A stretch of 64,000 bases of DNA from Rhabdothermincola salaria (GCF_021246445.1 NZ_JAJQXW010000001.1:992001-1056000); one strand, 5' to 3'. Positions 12,327 through 26,764 are shown, numbered from the stretch's first letter. Translations and numbers: made by a program. Notes: generated from the sequence alone by a model not told the origin.

Positions 12327-13190
12327 TCAGCCGCTCCCTTCGGCGGGCGCGGCCACGGCCTCGCCGACGGCGGCGTCGAGGACCTCGCCCAGCGCGGTGC
12401 CCGCCACCGGCGCCCGACCGGCCAGCGACGCGTCGGCACCGGCGCCGGGGGCGCGGCCGGCGACCACGAACTCGACGTTGCCGTCGGCACCGGTGAGCGG
12501 AGAGGCCATCGCCCCCATGATGGTCGCGCCACGATCGATGAGGGCGCCGGCGACCTCGTCGAGCACCCGTCGCCACACGAGCGGGTCCGAGATGACCCCT
12601 CGCCCACGGTTCGCCTCGGCTCGCCCGGCCTCGAACTGCGGCTTGACCAACAGCACGTACGCACCACCCGGTCGCACCACGGCGAAGATGGGGTCGAGCA
12701 CCAGTCGCAAGGAGATGAAGGACAGGTCGCCGACCGCCACGTCGACGGGCTCGCCCACGACCGCCGGGTCGAGGATGCGCAGGTTGGTGCGCTCGAGGTT
12801 GTGCACCCGGGGGTCGGCCCGGAGCCGCTCGTGCAACTGGTTGTGGCCGACGTCGACGGCCACGACCTCCTTGGCCCCGTGCTGGAGGACGCAGTCCGTG
12901 AACCCCCCGGTGGAGGCGCCCGCGTCGAGCACCCGCGCCCCGGACACGACGTCGGCGAGGTCGAAGCGGTCGACCGCGCCCGCCAGCTTCTCCCCCGCCC
13001 GGCTGACGTAGCGTGGGCCGGGGCCGTGCACCACGACCGCTTCGCCGGCACCGACCAGGCGCGCCGCCTTGACCGCCGGAGCACCGCCGACCGTCACGCG
13101 ACCGGCTTCGATCTCGGCTCGGGCCCGCTCGCGACTGGCCGCCAGGCCTCGCCGGACCATCTCGGCATCGAGGCGCCGCCGGGTGCTCAC
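12327..13190 (-). CDS. tlyA: TlyA family rRNA 2'-O-methyltransferase
   Basis: RRRLDAEMVRRGL (S4 domain), YVSRAGEKL, DAGASTGGFTD, DLSFISL, LVKPQFE, GNVEF. Confidence 0.95.
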   Translation of the reverse strand: MSTRRRLDAEMVRRGLAASRERARAEIEAGRVTVGGAPAVKAARLVGAGEAVVVHGPGPRYVSRAGEKLAGAVDRFDLADVVSGARVLDAGASTGGFTDCVLQHGAKEVVAVDVGHNQLHERLRADPRVHNLERTNLRILDPAVVGEPVDVAVGDLSFISLRLVLDPIFAVVRPGGAYVLLVKPQFEAGRAEANRGRGVISDPLVWRRVLDEVAGALIDRGATIMGAMASPLTGADGNVEFVVAGRAPGAGADASLAGRAPVAGTALGEVLDAAVGEAVAAPAEGSG

Positions 13191-13206
13191 GACCACCTCG
13201 AGGAGG

Positions 13207-13815
13207 TCAGCTGGACGACCCACTCCGGCGTTCGGACGCGGCCAGCGCCGCCGGCTCGGTCACCGCGACGTCACCGTCACCGCCGGACGCCGCGCCCTTC
13301 TTCGTGGGCTTGCCGGTCGGCTTCTTCGACGCCTTCTTGGCGGCCTTCTTGGCGGCCTTCTTGGCCGCCTTCTTCGACGTCTTGGCGGTGGACGCCTTGG
13401 CCGAGGCCTTGGCCAGCTTGCGGACCTCGGCCGCCAGGGCGTCGACCTTCTTCTCCAGGCGATCGACGTCGGCCCGCGTCGCCAGTCCCATGGCGTTGAG
13501 CTGGTTGCGCACCTGGGTCTCGACCACCTCGCCCACCCGCTCGGTGTTCTCGCGGCTGCGGTCGCGCACCTCGTCGACCGCCTTGGCCAGCGTCTTCGAC
13601 TGGTCGTCGACCAGCTTGGCCAGCTGCTTGGTCTGGCGGTCGGTCGTCTTGGTCACGTCGCGGACGAGATCGTCGACCGCCTTGGTGACCTGCTTGGACT
13701 GGCGGTCGGTCGCCTGCGACACGTCGCGGAGCAGACCCTCCACCCGCTTCTGGCCCTTCTCGGTGACGTCCCTGCCGACATCGATCGCCCTGGAGATCGG
13801 GTCCTGCTTGGCCAT
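13207..13815 (-). CDS. Phasin/PhaF-like amphipathic protein with histone-like KKAA tail
   Basis: Helical repeats, GLATRADVDRLEKKVDAL, then SKKAAKKAAKKAAKKASKK. GAGGAG precedes the start region. Confidence 0.65.
   Translation of the reverse strand: MAKQDPISRAIDVGRDVTEKGQKRVEGLLRDVSQATDRQSKQVTKAVDDLVRDVTKTTDRQTKQLAKLVDDQSKTLAKAVDEVRDRSRENTERVGEVVETQVRNQLNAMGLATRADVDRLEKKVDALAAEVRKLAKASAKASTAKTSKKAAKKAAKKAAKKASKKPTGKPTKKGAASGGDGDVAVTEPAALAASERRSGSSS
13331..13378 (-). repeat. 12-bp tandem repeat encoding KKAA/AAKK
   Basis: GCCTTCTTGGCG-type units at 13331, 13343, 13355 and 13367. Confidence 0.85.
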
Positions 13816-13890
13816 GATCACTCCTCGTGGCTGGCTCGGGACACCTCGTCGAAGACGGGCGGACGCCCACCTCGAGAGCCCGCCAGGAGG

Positions 13891-14709
13891 CTACCGCTCG
13901 GCGTCGGAGATGTCCCTGACCAACGCCGCCAGGTCGGCCGCCACGTGATCAGGGGTGGGTCGTACCGGGAGGTCGGCCGCGGTCGTCACCCCCGAGAGGA
14001 CCAGCCCGAAGCGGTAGCCGAGCGTGCGGGCGAACCACCCGTCGGTGTCGGGTCGGTCCCCCACCACGATCCCGTCCGGACCGAGGCGATGGCGCACCAG
14101 GTCGGCGATGGGATCGTGGGGCTTGCCCGCCACCACGGGCGCCACCCCGGCCGCGGTGGCGATGCCGGCGAGGATCGATCCGCCCCCGGGGATCGGCCCA
14201 TCCGGCGTGGGATAGGTGGCGTCGTCGTTGCTGGCCAGGAGCCGGGCACCGCCGCGCACCGCCCAGGCCGCCGCCGTCATCCGGTGGTAGTCGAAGTCTC
14301 GGTGGTAGCCCACCACGACCGCGTCGAACGGTCCGGTCGCCGTCACCGCCTCGATGACCCCCTTCGGGCCGGGCCGGGCGACCGAGGCCACCAGCGTCGC
14401 CGCGTCGACGACGTCGGCGCCGCGCCCCGCGAGCTCCTCACGCAGGCCCGGGCCTCCGCAGGCCAGGACCCGCTCGGCCGGGGCCACGAGCGACGCCACG
14501 GCCATCGCCGACGTCACCACCGAGCCGTGGGCCTCGATGCCCTGCCGGGCCAGCTTGTCCTCGACGTCGACCCGACGTCCGAAGGAGTTGTTGGTGACGA
14601 AGGCCACCCCTGCACCGGAGCGCACCACCTCCGTCACGGCCTCGGCCGCACCGGGGATGGGCTCGGCGCCGAGCCAGATGACGCCGTCGAGATCGAAGAC
14701 CCAGGCCAT
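13891..14709 (-). CDS. HAD-IIA family hydrolase (NagD-like)
   Basis: FDLDGV, FVTNNS, ASNDD, AGKP, VGDRPDTD, VLSGVT. Confidence 0.93.
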   Translation of the reverse strand: MAWVFDLDGVIWLGAEPIPGAAEAVTEVVRSGAGVAFVTNNSFGRRVDVEDKLARQGIEAHGSVVTSAMAVASLVAPAERVLACGGPGLREELAGRGADVVDAATLVASVARPGPKGVIEAVTATGPFDAVVVGYHRDFDYHRMTAAAWAVRGGARLLASNDDATYPTPDGPIPGGGSILAGIATAAGVAPVVAGKPHDPIADLVRHRLGPDGIVVGDRPDTDGWFARTLGYRFGLVLSGVTTAADLPVRPTPDHVAADLAALVRDISDAER

Positions 14710-14838
14710 GGCGTGAGTATCGCCGCCGCGGAGCCGTCGCCCGTCCATCCCCCGGCCGAGCGCCGCCCACGGCCCGACCGTACCGAGCGGGCTCGACCGC
14801 CGGACCCGGCGGGGTGGCCGGTCTGGTAGGACTAGGCG

Positions 14839-16047
14839 GTGCCCCGCTTCGAGCCCTTTCCCGGCATCCGCTACGACGTCGCCCGCGCCGATCCGGCCGC
14901 GGTGACGGCCCCCCCGTACGACGTCATCTCCCCGAGCGATCGCGAGCAGCTAGTGGCCGCCGACCCTCGCAACGTCGTGCGCATCGACCTGCCCGTCCCC
15001 GACGACTCGGGCGCCGACCCCTATGCCCAGGCGGCCGCACTGTGGGCCGCCTGGCAGACCGACGGCACCCTGGTCACCGACGCCGGGCCCTCGTTCACCG
15101 TGTACCGCATGGAACTCGTCGACGACGACGGCCACGCCCGCCACACCACCGGTGTCGTCGGGGCCCTCGCCCTCTCGCCGCCCGGCGACGACGGCATCCT
15201 GCCGCACGAGTTCACGACACCCAAGGCCAAGACCGACCGCCTCGACCTGCTGCGGACCACCACCGCCAACCTGTCCGCGGTCTGGGGTCTGTCCCCGGCA
15301 CCGGGCCTCACCGACCTGCTCCATTGCGACGAGGCGCCGTCGATCCACTTCACCGACGACACCGGGGTCACCCACTCGGTCTGGACGATCACCGACCCGG
15401 ATCGCCTGACCGCCATCAGCACGGCCGTCACCGCCCACCCGGTCGTGATCGCCGACGGCCACCACCGCTACGAGACCTCGCTGGCCTACCTCGGCGAGCG
15501 GCGCGTCGCGGCCGACGACGGCGGACCGGGTGTCGGCGCGGCCGAGGCGGTCATGTGCTTCATGGTGGAGCTGGTCGACGACGAGCTTGCCGTCGGACCC
15601 ATCCACCGGCTCCTCTCCGGGCTCCCCGACGGCTTCGACCTCCCGGGGGCCCTGGCCCCCTTCTTCGAGCTCAGCCCCATCGACCTCACCGGTGCCGGCA
15701 CCGTCGCTCGCCTCCAGGCCGAGGGCGGTCTGGCCCTGATCACCCCCGATGGCGACTGGTTGGCCCGACCCCGGCCCGAGGCCATGGCCTCCGCACGCGA
15801 CCTCGACTCCAGCCGTCTCGACGTGGCGCTGGCCGCCCTGCCCTCCCCCACCGTCGTCTACCAGCACGGCGTCGACAACATCCGGGGCTGCATCGCCCGA
15901 GGCGAAGCCCAGGCGGGCGTGCTGCTGCGCCCGGCGACGGTCGCCCAGATCGTCGACATCGCCCACGGCGGCGAGCGCATGCCTCCCAAGACCACGTTCT
16001 TCTATCCCAAGCCCCGCACGGGCATCGTCTTCCGCGACCTGCACTAG
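14839..16047 (+). CDS. DUF1015 family protein
   Basis: PPYDVIS, LPHE, IADGHHRYET, MPPKTTFFYPKPRTG. Confidence 0.9.
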   Translation: MPRFEPFPGIRYDVARADPAAVTAPPYDVISPSDREQLVAADPRNVVRIDLPVPDDSGADPYAQAAALWAAWQTDGTLVTDAGPSFTVYRMELVDDDGHARHTTGVVGALALSPPGDDGILPHEFTTPKAKTDRLDLLRTTTANLSAVWGLSPAPGLTDLLHCDEAPSIHFTDDTGVTHSVWTITDPDRLTAISTAVTAHPVVIADGHHRYETSLAYLGERRVAADDGGPGVGAAEAVMCFMVELVDDELAVGPIHRLLSGLPDGFDLPGALAPFFELSPIDLTGAGTVARLQAEGGLALITPDGDWLARPRPEAMASARDLDSSRLDVALAALPSPTVVYQHGVDNIRGCIARGEAQAGVLLRPATVAQIVDIAHGGERMPPKTTFFYPKPRTGIVFRDLH

Positions 16048-16084
16048 CCCGCCCGCCGCCGGCACGTGTCGGGGCCGCACGCGA

Positions 16085-16113
16085 CTCCGCCCCGGCGTGA
16101 CGCCGGGGCGGAG
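16085..16113. terminator. GC-rich hairpin between convergent DUF1015 and korB
   Basis: CTCCGCCCCGGCG-TGA-CGCCGGGGCGGAG, a perfect 13-bp inverted repeat; no U-tract. Confidence 0.6.
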
Positions 16114-16145
16114 CGAGGACGAGGACGGGCCCGTTCGGCGCCGAG

Positions 16146-17162
16146 TCAGTCGACGGTCCAGGTGGCTCCGGAGTGCAGCAGGGCCCGCAGATCGCCGGGA
16201 CCCTTCTGCTCGCCGGCGGCCGCCACCTGACGGGAGACGCCCGAGCCGTAGTCGTCTCGCTCGATGGACCGGAACACACCGATGGCCGTGGGCTCGGTGG
16301 GGCCGTGGGACAGGCGGGACAGCTGGAAGGCCAGGCCGGCATCGGTCTCGTCGTGGACCAGCAGGGCGTCCTCGCCGACGTCGGAGACGTCGACGATGCG
16401 CAGAGCGCTGTCGGGGCCCATGACCACCCCACGCTCGTTCTCCTCGCCGAACCGGATCGGCTCTCCGTGTTCGAGCGGGATGAGCATCGACGACCGATTG
16501 GTCTTGGCGGTGATCTGGGCGAAGGCCCCGTCGTTGAACACGTTGCAGTTCTGGTAGATCTCCACGAAGGCCGCCCCCTCGTGAGCGTGGGCCCGGGTGA
16601 GGACGTCTTGCATGTGGTTGCGGTCCATGTCGTGGGTCCGGGCCACGAAGGTGGCTTCGGCGCCGATGGCCAGGCTGATCGGGTTGAAGGGGTGGTCGAG
16701 CGACCCGAACGGCGTGGACTTGGTGACCTTGCCGACCTCGCTGGTGGGCGAGTACTGGCCCTTGGTCAGACCGTAGATCTGGTTGTTGAACATCAGGATC
16801 GTGAGGTCCACGTTGCGGCGCAGGGCGTGCAGCAGGTGGTTGCCACCGATCGAGAGCATGTCGCCGTCGCCGCCCACCACCCAGACGTCGAGGTCCGGGC
16901 GGGCGACGGCCAGCCCGGTGGCGATGGCGGGGGCGCGCCCGTGGATGGTGTGCACCCCGTAGGTGTCCATGTAGTACGGGAACCGCGCCGCGCACCCGAT
17001 GCCGGAGACGAACACGGTCTCTTCGCGTCGGACACCGAGGTTGGGCATCAGCGATTGCACGGCGGCGAGGATCGTGTAGTCCCCGCAGCCGGGGCACCAG
17101 CGGGGCTCCTGGTCGCTCGACCAGTCCTTGCGGGTGGTCTCGGGAACGGCGGTGTCAGTCAT
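16146..17162 (-). CDS. korB: 2-oxoacid:ferredoxin oxidoreductase beta subunit
   Basis: WCPGCGD, SGIGC, HTIHGR, GGDGD..SIGGNH, YGLTKGQYSPT. Confidence 0.93.
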   Translation of the reverse strand: MTDTAVPETTRKDWSSDQEPRWCPGCGDYTILAAVQSLMPNLGVRREETVFVSGIGCAARFPYYMDTYGVHTIHGRAPAIATGLAVARPDLDVWVVGGDGDMLSIGGNHLLHALRRNVDLTILMFNNQIYGLTKGQYSPTSEVGKVTKSTPFGSLDHPFNPISLAIGAEATFVARTHDMDRNHMQDVLTRAHAHEGAAFVEIYQNCNVFNDGAFAQITAKTNRSSMLIPLEHGEPIRFGEENERGVVMGPDSALRIVDVSDVGEDALLVHDETDAGLAFQLSRLSHGPTEPTAIGVFRSIERDDYGSGVSRQVAAAGEQKGPGDLRALLHSGATWTVD

Positions 17163-19032
17163 CGAGGACCTCCAGGAACGCGGCTTCGAGCTCACCAGCG
17201 GTGAACGGAAGCCCCTTGACCTTGCTGATGGGACGAGCGTCGACGAGGTACTCGGCGCGCAGTAGCAACGTGAGCTGGCCGAGGTTCATCTCCGGCACGG
17301 CGACCTTGGGGTAGCGCCGCACGATCTCGCCGAGGTTCGCCGGGAACGGGTTGAGATGGGTGATGTGGACGTGGGCCACCTTGCGACCACGCGCCCGACA
17401 GCGGTCGACGCCGCCGTTGATGGCCCCCCAGGTGGACCCCCACCCCACGACCAGGAGCTCGGCATCGTCGACGTCGCCGGTGACCTCGGCGGCCGGGATG
17501 TCGTCGGCGATGCCGGCGACCTTGGCCGCCCGCACCCGGGTCATGTGCTCGTGGTTCTCCGGGTCGTAGGAGATGTTGCCCGTGCCCTCGGCCTTCTCGA
17601 TGCCGCCGATGCGGTGTTCGAGGCCCGGGGTGCCCGGGATGATCCACGGCCGGGCCAGGGTCTCGGGGTCGCGCTGGTAGGGCAGCAGCATCGGGGACCC
17701 GTCGGCCGCGGTGGCGTTGGGCTCGGTGAGGAAGGCGACCGGGATGTCGGGGAGGTCGTCGACGTCGGGGATCAGCCACGGCTCGGAGCCGTTGGCCAGG
17801 TAGCCGTCGGTGAGCAGGAAGACGGGGGTGCGATACGTGACGGCCAGGCGCACGGCCTCGATGGCGGCGTGGAAGCACTGCGCCGGGCTGAACGCGGCGA
17901 CGATCGGCAGCGGCGATTCACCGTGGCGGCCGAACATGGCCAGCAACAGGTCGGCTTGCTCGGTCTTGGTGGGAAGCCCGGTGGAGGGTCCCCCGCGCTG
18001 GACGTCGATGATCACAAGGGGGAGCTCGAGGCTGATGGCCAAGCCGAGGGTCTCGCTCTTGAGGGCGACCCCGGGACCGCTGGTGGTGGTGATGCCGAGG
18101 TGCCCGCCGTAGGCGGCGCCCAGCGCGGCCCCGATGCCGGCGATCTCGTCCTCGGCCTGCAAGGTGCGCACCCCGAAGTTCTTGTGCTTGGACAGCTCGT
18201 GGAGGATGTCCGAGGCCGGAGTGATCGGGTACGACCCGAGGAACAGCGGCAGCTTCACCAGCTGTGAGGCGGCGATGAGGCCCCACGCGGTGGCGGTGTT
18301 GCCGTTGACCGACGTGTACTCGCCCGGGGCCTGTGGTGCCGGATCGACGGCGTAGCGGTGGCCGAACAGCTCGGCGGTCTCGCCGAAGGCGTGGCCGGCG
18401 TTGAACGCCGCCACGTTGGCGTCGCGCACCTGGGGCTTGGACGCGAACTTGGTGGCGATCCAGTCGAGCGTGGGCTGCTCGGGCCGGGTGTACATCCACG
18501 AGATGAGGCCCAGGGCGAAGAAGTTCTTCGATCGCTCCGCGTCGCGCGGCTTGACCCCGAGCGGCTCGCAGGCCTGCCGGGTGAGCGAGGTCATGGGGAC
18601 CTCGAACACGGTGAAGGCCAACAGGTCGTCGCCCTCGAGGGGGTTGTGGTCGTAGCCGGCCTTGGTGAGGTTCCGCTCGTCGAAGGCGTCGATGTTGACG
18701 ATGAGGCTGGCCCCGGGCTCGAGTTTGCCGACCTCGGACAGCAGCGCCGCCGGGTTCATGGCGACGAGGACGTCGGGCGTGTCACCGTGGGTGGTGATGT
18801 CGTGGTCGGAGATGTGCACCTGGAACGCGGACACGCCGGCGACGGTGCCGGCTGGGGCCCGGATCTCGGCGGGGTACTCCGGCAGGGTGACCAGGTCGTT
18901 GCCCAACAGGGCACTCGCACTGGTGAATCGGTCGCCGGTGAGCTGCATCCCGTCGCCCGAGTCGCCCGCGAAGCGGATGATGACCCGATCGATGTGCTCG
19001 GTCGCCGGGGCCTGATCGGCCGTGGTGGACAT
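17155..19032 (-). CDS. korA: 2-oxoacid:acceptor oxidoreductase alpha subunit
   Basis: RFAGDSGDGMQLTG, YPITPAS, QAEDE, QRGGPSTGLPTK, EMNLGQL. Confidence 0.93.
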   Translation of the reverse strand: MSTTADQAPATEHIDRVIIRFAGDSGDGMQLTGDRFTSASALLGNDLVTLPEYPAEIRAPAGTVAGVSAFQVHISDHDITTHGDTPDVLVAMNPAALLSEVGKLEPGASLIVNIDAFDERNLTKAGYDHNPLEGDDLLAFTVFEVPMTSLTRQACEPLGVKPRDAERSKNFFALGLISWMYTRPEQPTLDWIATKFASKPQVRDANVAAFNAGHAFGETAELFGHRYAVDPAPQAPGEYTSVNGNTATAWGLIAASQLVKLPLFLGSYPITPASDILHELSKHKNFGVRTLQAEDEIAGIGAALGAAYGGHLGITTTSGPGVALKSETLGLAISLELPLVIIDVQRGGPSTGLPTKTEQADLLLAMFGRHGESPLPIVAAFSPAQCFHAAIEAVRLAVTYRTPVFLLTDGYLANGSEPWLIPDVDDLPDIPVAFLTEPNATAADGSPMLLPYQRDPETLARPWIIPGTPGLEHRIGGIEKAEGTGNISYDPENHEHMTRVRAAKVAGIADDIPAAEVTGDVDDAELLVVGWGSTWGAINGGVDRCRARGRKVAHVHITHLNPFPANLGEIVRRYPKVAVPEMNLGQLTLLLRAEYLVDARPISKVKGLPFTAGELEAAFLEVLDD

Positions 19033-19116
19033 ACGAACCCCCTTGTTCGGTCCTCGAGGCGACGCTAGCGCGAGCCGATGGAGGTGCGGTGCAGGCCGCC
19101 CGGGGGCTCGGCGTGC

Positions 19117-19536
19117 TCAGCCCACCGCCGGCCCCGGGAGCTCCTCGAAAGCGGCCAGCGCCCGCCGCACCAGCTCCTGGCCCCGAGACGGCGACGGCGA
19201 CCGCACCACCTTGGTGGCGAACACCTCCGTGCGGCTCTGGGTGACGCCGCCCGCCCGGTAGAACCTCCGGCGCACCCGACCCACGACGACCACGGCATCG
19301 CCGGCGGTGAGCACCGCTCGGCGGCGGGGTGGGTCGATCCACACCACGGGCGCGCTCTCGGCCGGTCCGTCGGGGCGGGCCACGGTGACCTCGTAGGCCA
19401 CGAGGTCGTCGCCCGAGGGCAACGTGCGGACGTCGGGATCGCGGCTGAGCACACCGTGCAGGACCACCACGTTCGTGGCGCCGACGGACGATGCCGGGTC
19501 GGCATCGGTGGGAGCAGGTCGCGAGGACTCTGACAT
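19117..19536 (-). CDS. Single-stranded DNA-binding protein paralog (OB fold, no acidic tail)
   Basis: NVVVLHGVLSRDPDVRTLPSG...GDAVVVVGRVRRRFY...SRTEV. GGAGG precedes ATG 19536. Confidence 0.82.
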   Translation of the reverse strand: MSESSRPAPTDADPASSVGATNVVVLHGVLSRDPDVRTLPSGDDLVAYEVTVARPDGPAESAPVVWIDPPRRRAVLTAGDAVVVVGRVRRRFYRAGGVTQSRTEVFATKVVRSPSPSRGQELVRRALAAFEELPGPAVG

Positions 19537-19603
19537 GGGGGACCTCCCCGTTGGACGCGGCCGGAGGGCCGGCCGCTGGCCGGTTCGGGGGAAGGTGACC
19601 GCC

Positions 19604-19625
19604 ACCCTAGGCAGGGGGTGCGACA
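19604..19625 (-). promoter_or_regulatory. RecA-NDp/PafBC-type promoter (TGTCGC-n10-TAGGGT)
   Basis: Minus strand reads TGTCGC ACCCCCTGCC TAGGGT, about 70 nt upstream of the ssb paralog. Confidence 0.6.
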
Positions 19626-19704
19626 GCGGTCGGGGCTGCGGTGCGGCTCGGCGGCCGACTCCGCGGTCGAAACCCCCGACCGCCGACCGCAGACGTCGGG
19701 CCGT

Positions 19705-19724
19705 CCACCCCGAAAGCGGGGTGG
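19705..19724 (-). terminator. Hairpin just downstream of the TPR gene
   Basis: CCACCCCG-AAAG-CGGGGTGG. Confidence 0.45.
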
Positions 19725-19731
19725 GGCGGTC

Positions 19732-21309
19732 TCAGCGAAGGGCCCGCAGCCGCCGCTCGACGTCGGCGAAGTCGGGGTCGACGCCGGCGATGCGACCGAA
19801 CAGATCCCGGGCCCGCGGGACCTCTCCCGCCCGCTCGTACAAGTCGGCGAGCGCGTACGCCCGGCGGAGGTGGTGGTCCTTGGGGTTCTTCGGGAACTTC
19901 CAGCCCGAGGCCAGCAGGTCGATGGCCCCGACCACCTGGCCCTGGTCGGCCAGCGCGCCGGCTGCCACGATGCGCCCCTCGGTCACGATCTCGGCGCCCG
20001 GAGACACCGCGCCCAGCTCCTGCCAGAGCTCGTCGACCATCGCCCACTGGCCGAGGGCCCGGTAGCAGTCCGCCAACACCGGGTGCTGCTCGACGCTGTC
20101 GGCGAGGAGGCGGAACGCCTCGAGCTCCTTGGCCGCCGCCTTCCACTTGCTCTGGCGGTACAGCGTCAGCCCGTAGAGCTCACGGACGGCTGCGACGGTG
20201 GGGGCTTCGTCCGAGAGCTTCTTGAGGATCCGGGCCGCGTCGCCGAACCGCTCGTGCTCGAAGTCCTCGCTGGCCTCCCGGAGGCGACGCTCGACCCGCT
20301 CACTGCGAGCCGTGCCCACGGCCCGCGACAACTCGAGGCGGACCTCCTCGGCCAGATCGCCGACCGGTGTGGGCGTCGTCCGGTTGCGCCGGGTGCGCTG
20401 GCCCCCACGCGACACCGCCCCCTGGGCCTCGTCGCGGACCTCTTCGACGAGCACCCACTCCTCGCCGGCCCGAGCCTCACGTTCGGCTCGGGCCTCGTCG
20501 TCGCGCCGGCGTTCCTCGTCGACGGGTGCGTCGGCCGCACCGGCCTCCGGCGCGGCCGAGCGCTCCGCTGCGCCACCCGACCGGTCGGCTCCCTCGACTG
20601 CATCGCGCCATGCGCGACTGGCGTTCGACACCCGCTTGCCGGTGGCCGCCCCCAGCCCACGGCGGGCCACGCTCCCCCATGCCTTGGGGGCCTCGATGTA
20701 CTCGTCTCGATCGTCGGGCCGAGCGGAACCGGGTCCCCGACCTCGGGGGCCCCCTGCTCGCCGCTCCGGCCTCGGCCCTCCCACCGATGGGCGACGGTCG
20801 GTGCCCGCACGCCCCCCACCAGAGCGTTCGTCGCTGCGGGCCCGGCTCCGTGGGATCGGCGCGCCGCCCCGCCTGTCATCCCGTTCCGAGCCCGGCCGAC
20901 GCGTACGCTCGCTCGAGTTACCACGATCCGGACTACGACCACGATCATCGCGGGACGCCGAACGAGACGACTCCGAGCGGGGACCGCTGCGACCCCCGCT
21001 CTCGCTGCGCCCCTCGGCACCGCCACTGCGGCGTCCCCCGCCGGTCGGACCGGCGCCCCGGCCGGCGGAACCGGTGCGGGCGCCACGGCTGGCCGTTCCG
21101 CCACCCGCGCCAGGGCCAGACCGCCTCGTGCCGGAGCTCTTCGGCCCGCCGCTCTTGCCTCCCGCGCCCTTGGGGCCGGACCCGCGGCTGCCTCCGCTCT
21201 TGGCGCCGTCGCCCTTGGAGGCACCGCGCTTGGCACCGGGGCCGCCGCTCGAACGAGCCGGACGACCCCGATCGGGGCGCGAGGAACCAGAAGAAGCAGG
21301 ACGAGCCAT
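19732..21309 (-). CDS. Tetratricopeptide-repeat protein with long R/G/S-rich disordered N-terminus
   Basis: C-terminal TPR helices (VRELYGLTLYRQSKWKAA, LADCYRALG, YALADLYERAG, DPDFADVERRL). Typical position downstream of the actinobacterial rrn operon. Confidence 0.85.
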   Translation of the reverse strand: MARPASSGSSRPDRGRPARSSGGPGAKRGASKGDGAKSGGSRGSGPKGAGGKSGGPKSSGTRRSGPGAGGGTASRGARTGSAGRGAGPTGGGRRSGGAEGRSESGGRSGPRSESSRSASRDDRGRSPDRGNSSERTRRPGSERDDRRGGAPIPRSRARSDERSGGGRAGTDRRPSVGGPRPERRAGGPRGRGPGSARPDDRDEYIEAPKAWGSVARRGLGAATGKRVSNASRAWRDAVEGADRSGGAAERSAAPEAGAADAPVDEERRRDDEARAEREARAGEEWVLVEEVRDEAQGAVSRGGQRTRRNRTTPTPVGDLAEEVRLELSRAVGTARSERVERRLREASEDFEHERFGDAARILKKLSDEAPTVAAVRELYGLTLYRQSKWKAAAKELEAFRLLADSVEQHPVLADCYRALGQWAMVDELWQELGAVSPGAEIVTEGRIVAAGALADQGQVVGAIDLLASGWKFPKNPKDHHLRRAYALADLYERAGEVPRARDLFGRIAGVDPDFADVERRLRALR

Positions 21310-21374
21310 GGGACCAACCTAGCGGCGAGGTGCCGGCAGCCCCCTCGGGGGCGCCGAACTGCGGACGAAAACGA

Positions 21375-21402
21375 CGAAAGGGCCCCTCTCGGGGCCCTTT
21401 CG
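21375..21402 (-). terminator. Intrinsic terminator of the rRNA operon
   Basis: 12-bp stem CGAAAGGGCCCC/GGGGCCCTTTCG with a GAGA loop on the minus strand, followed by TCGTTTTC, just 3' of 5S. Confidence 0.85.
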
Positions 21403-21411
21403 AGTGCGAAA

Positions 21412-21529
<118 letters not shown>

Positions 21530-21611
21530 CCTTTGTCAAGCGAGCGGCGCCACCCACTGGTGGCAGCCGAGCCCTCTCGAGAACTCCATAGCGAGCACGA
21601 ACATCATTGTC

Positions 21612-24677
<3,066 letters not shown>

Positions 24678-25017
24678 AGAACAAAGATGCTCGTGCTCGC
24701 TATGCAATTCTCAAAGGGCGCTGCGGCACCGGGACAGGAGTCCCGACGACGTTGTGGGTGACGCGCTGCTGCACAGGCGAGCTGGGCTCGAGCCTGCGCA
24801 GGCGTTGGTCACCGCGTCCGAGGTGCGTGCTGGAGAGCACACCCTCAAAACGGAACAGAGAACGACGACACCAATCAGTCGACGCAGGAGAGCCCGAGAG
24901 CTCCATCCGACGCCGGCGTTTCGCTGCCGAGTAGCCAGTGCACCAACTGGGAATCCTTCTCCACGGTCCGGTCGTGGTGACCGAACGATCGGGAGAGGTG
25001 CTCTTTCGAGCTGGACT

Positions 25018-26548
<1,531 letters not shown>

Positions 26549-26764
26549 ATCTCGACCACCACCCGTGGGCGGCGATCTCGATCGCAATGAAAAGTCCGGG
26601 ATGGAGGGGCTCTCCTCCATGGTTCCCGAAGTTGGTGTCGGCCTGGTAAGGCCTTCACCGGTTTGGAATTGCTTGGTGAACGATCACGACTCGTACGACC
26701 ACCCCTTGTGCCGAAGCACGAGCCGGGTGGACGCCGTCTGCGGTGATCGCCCGCACTGGCTTTT

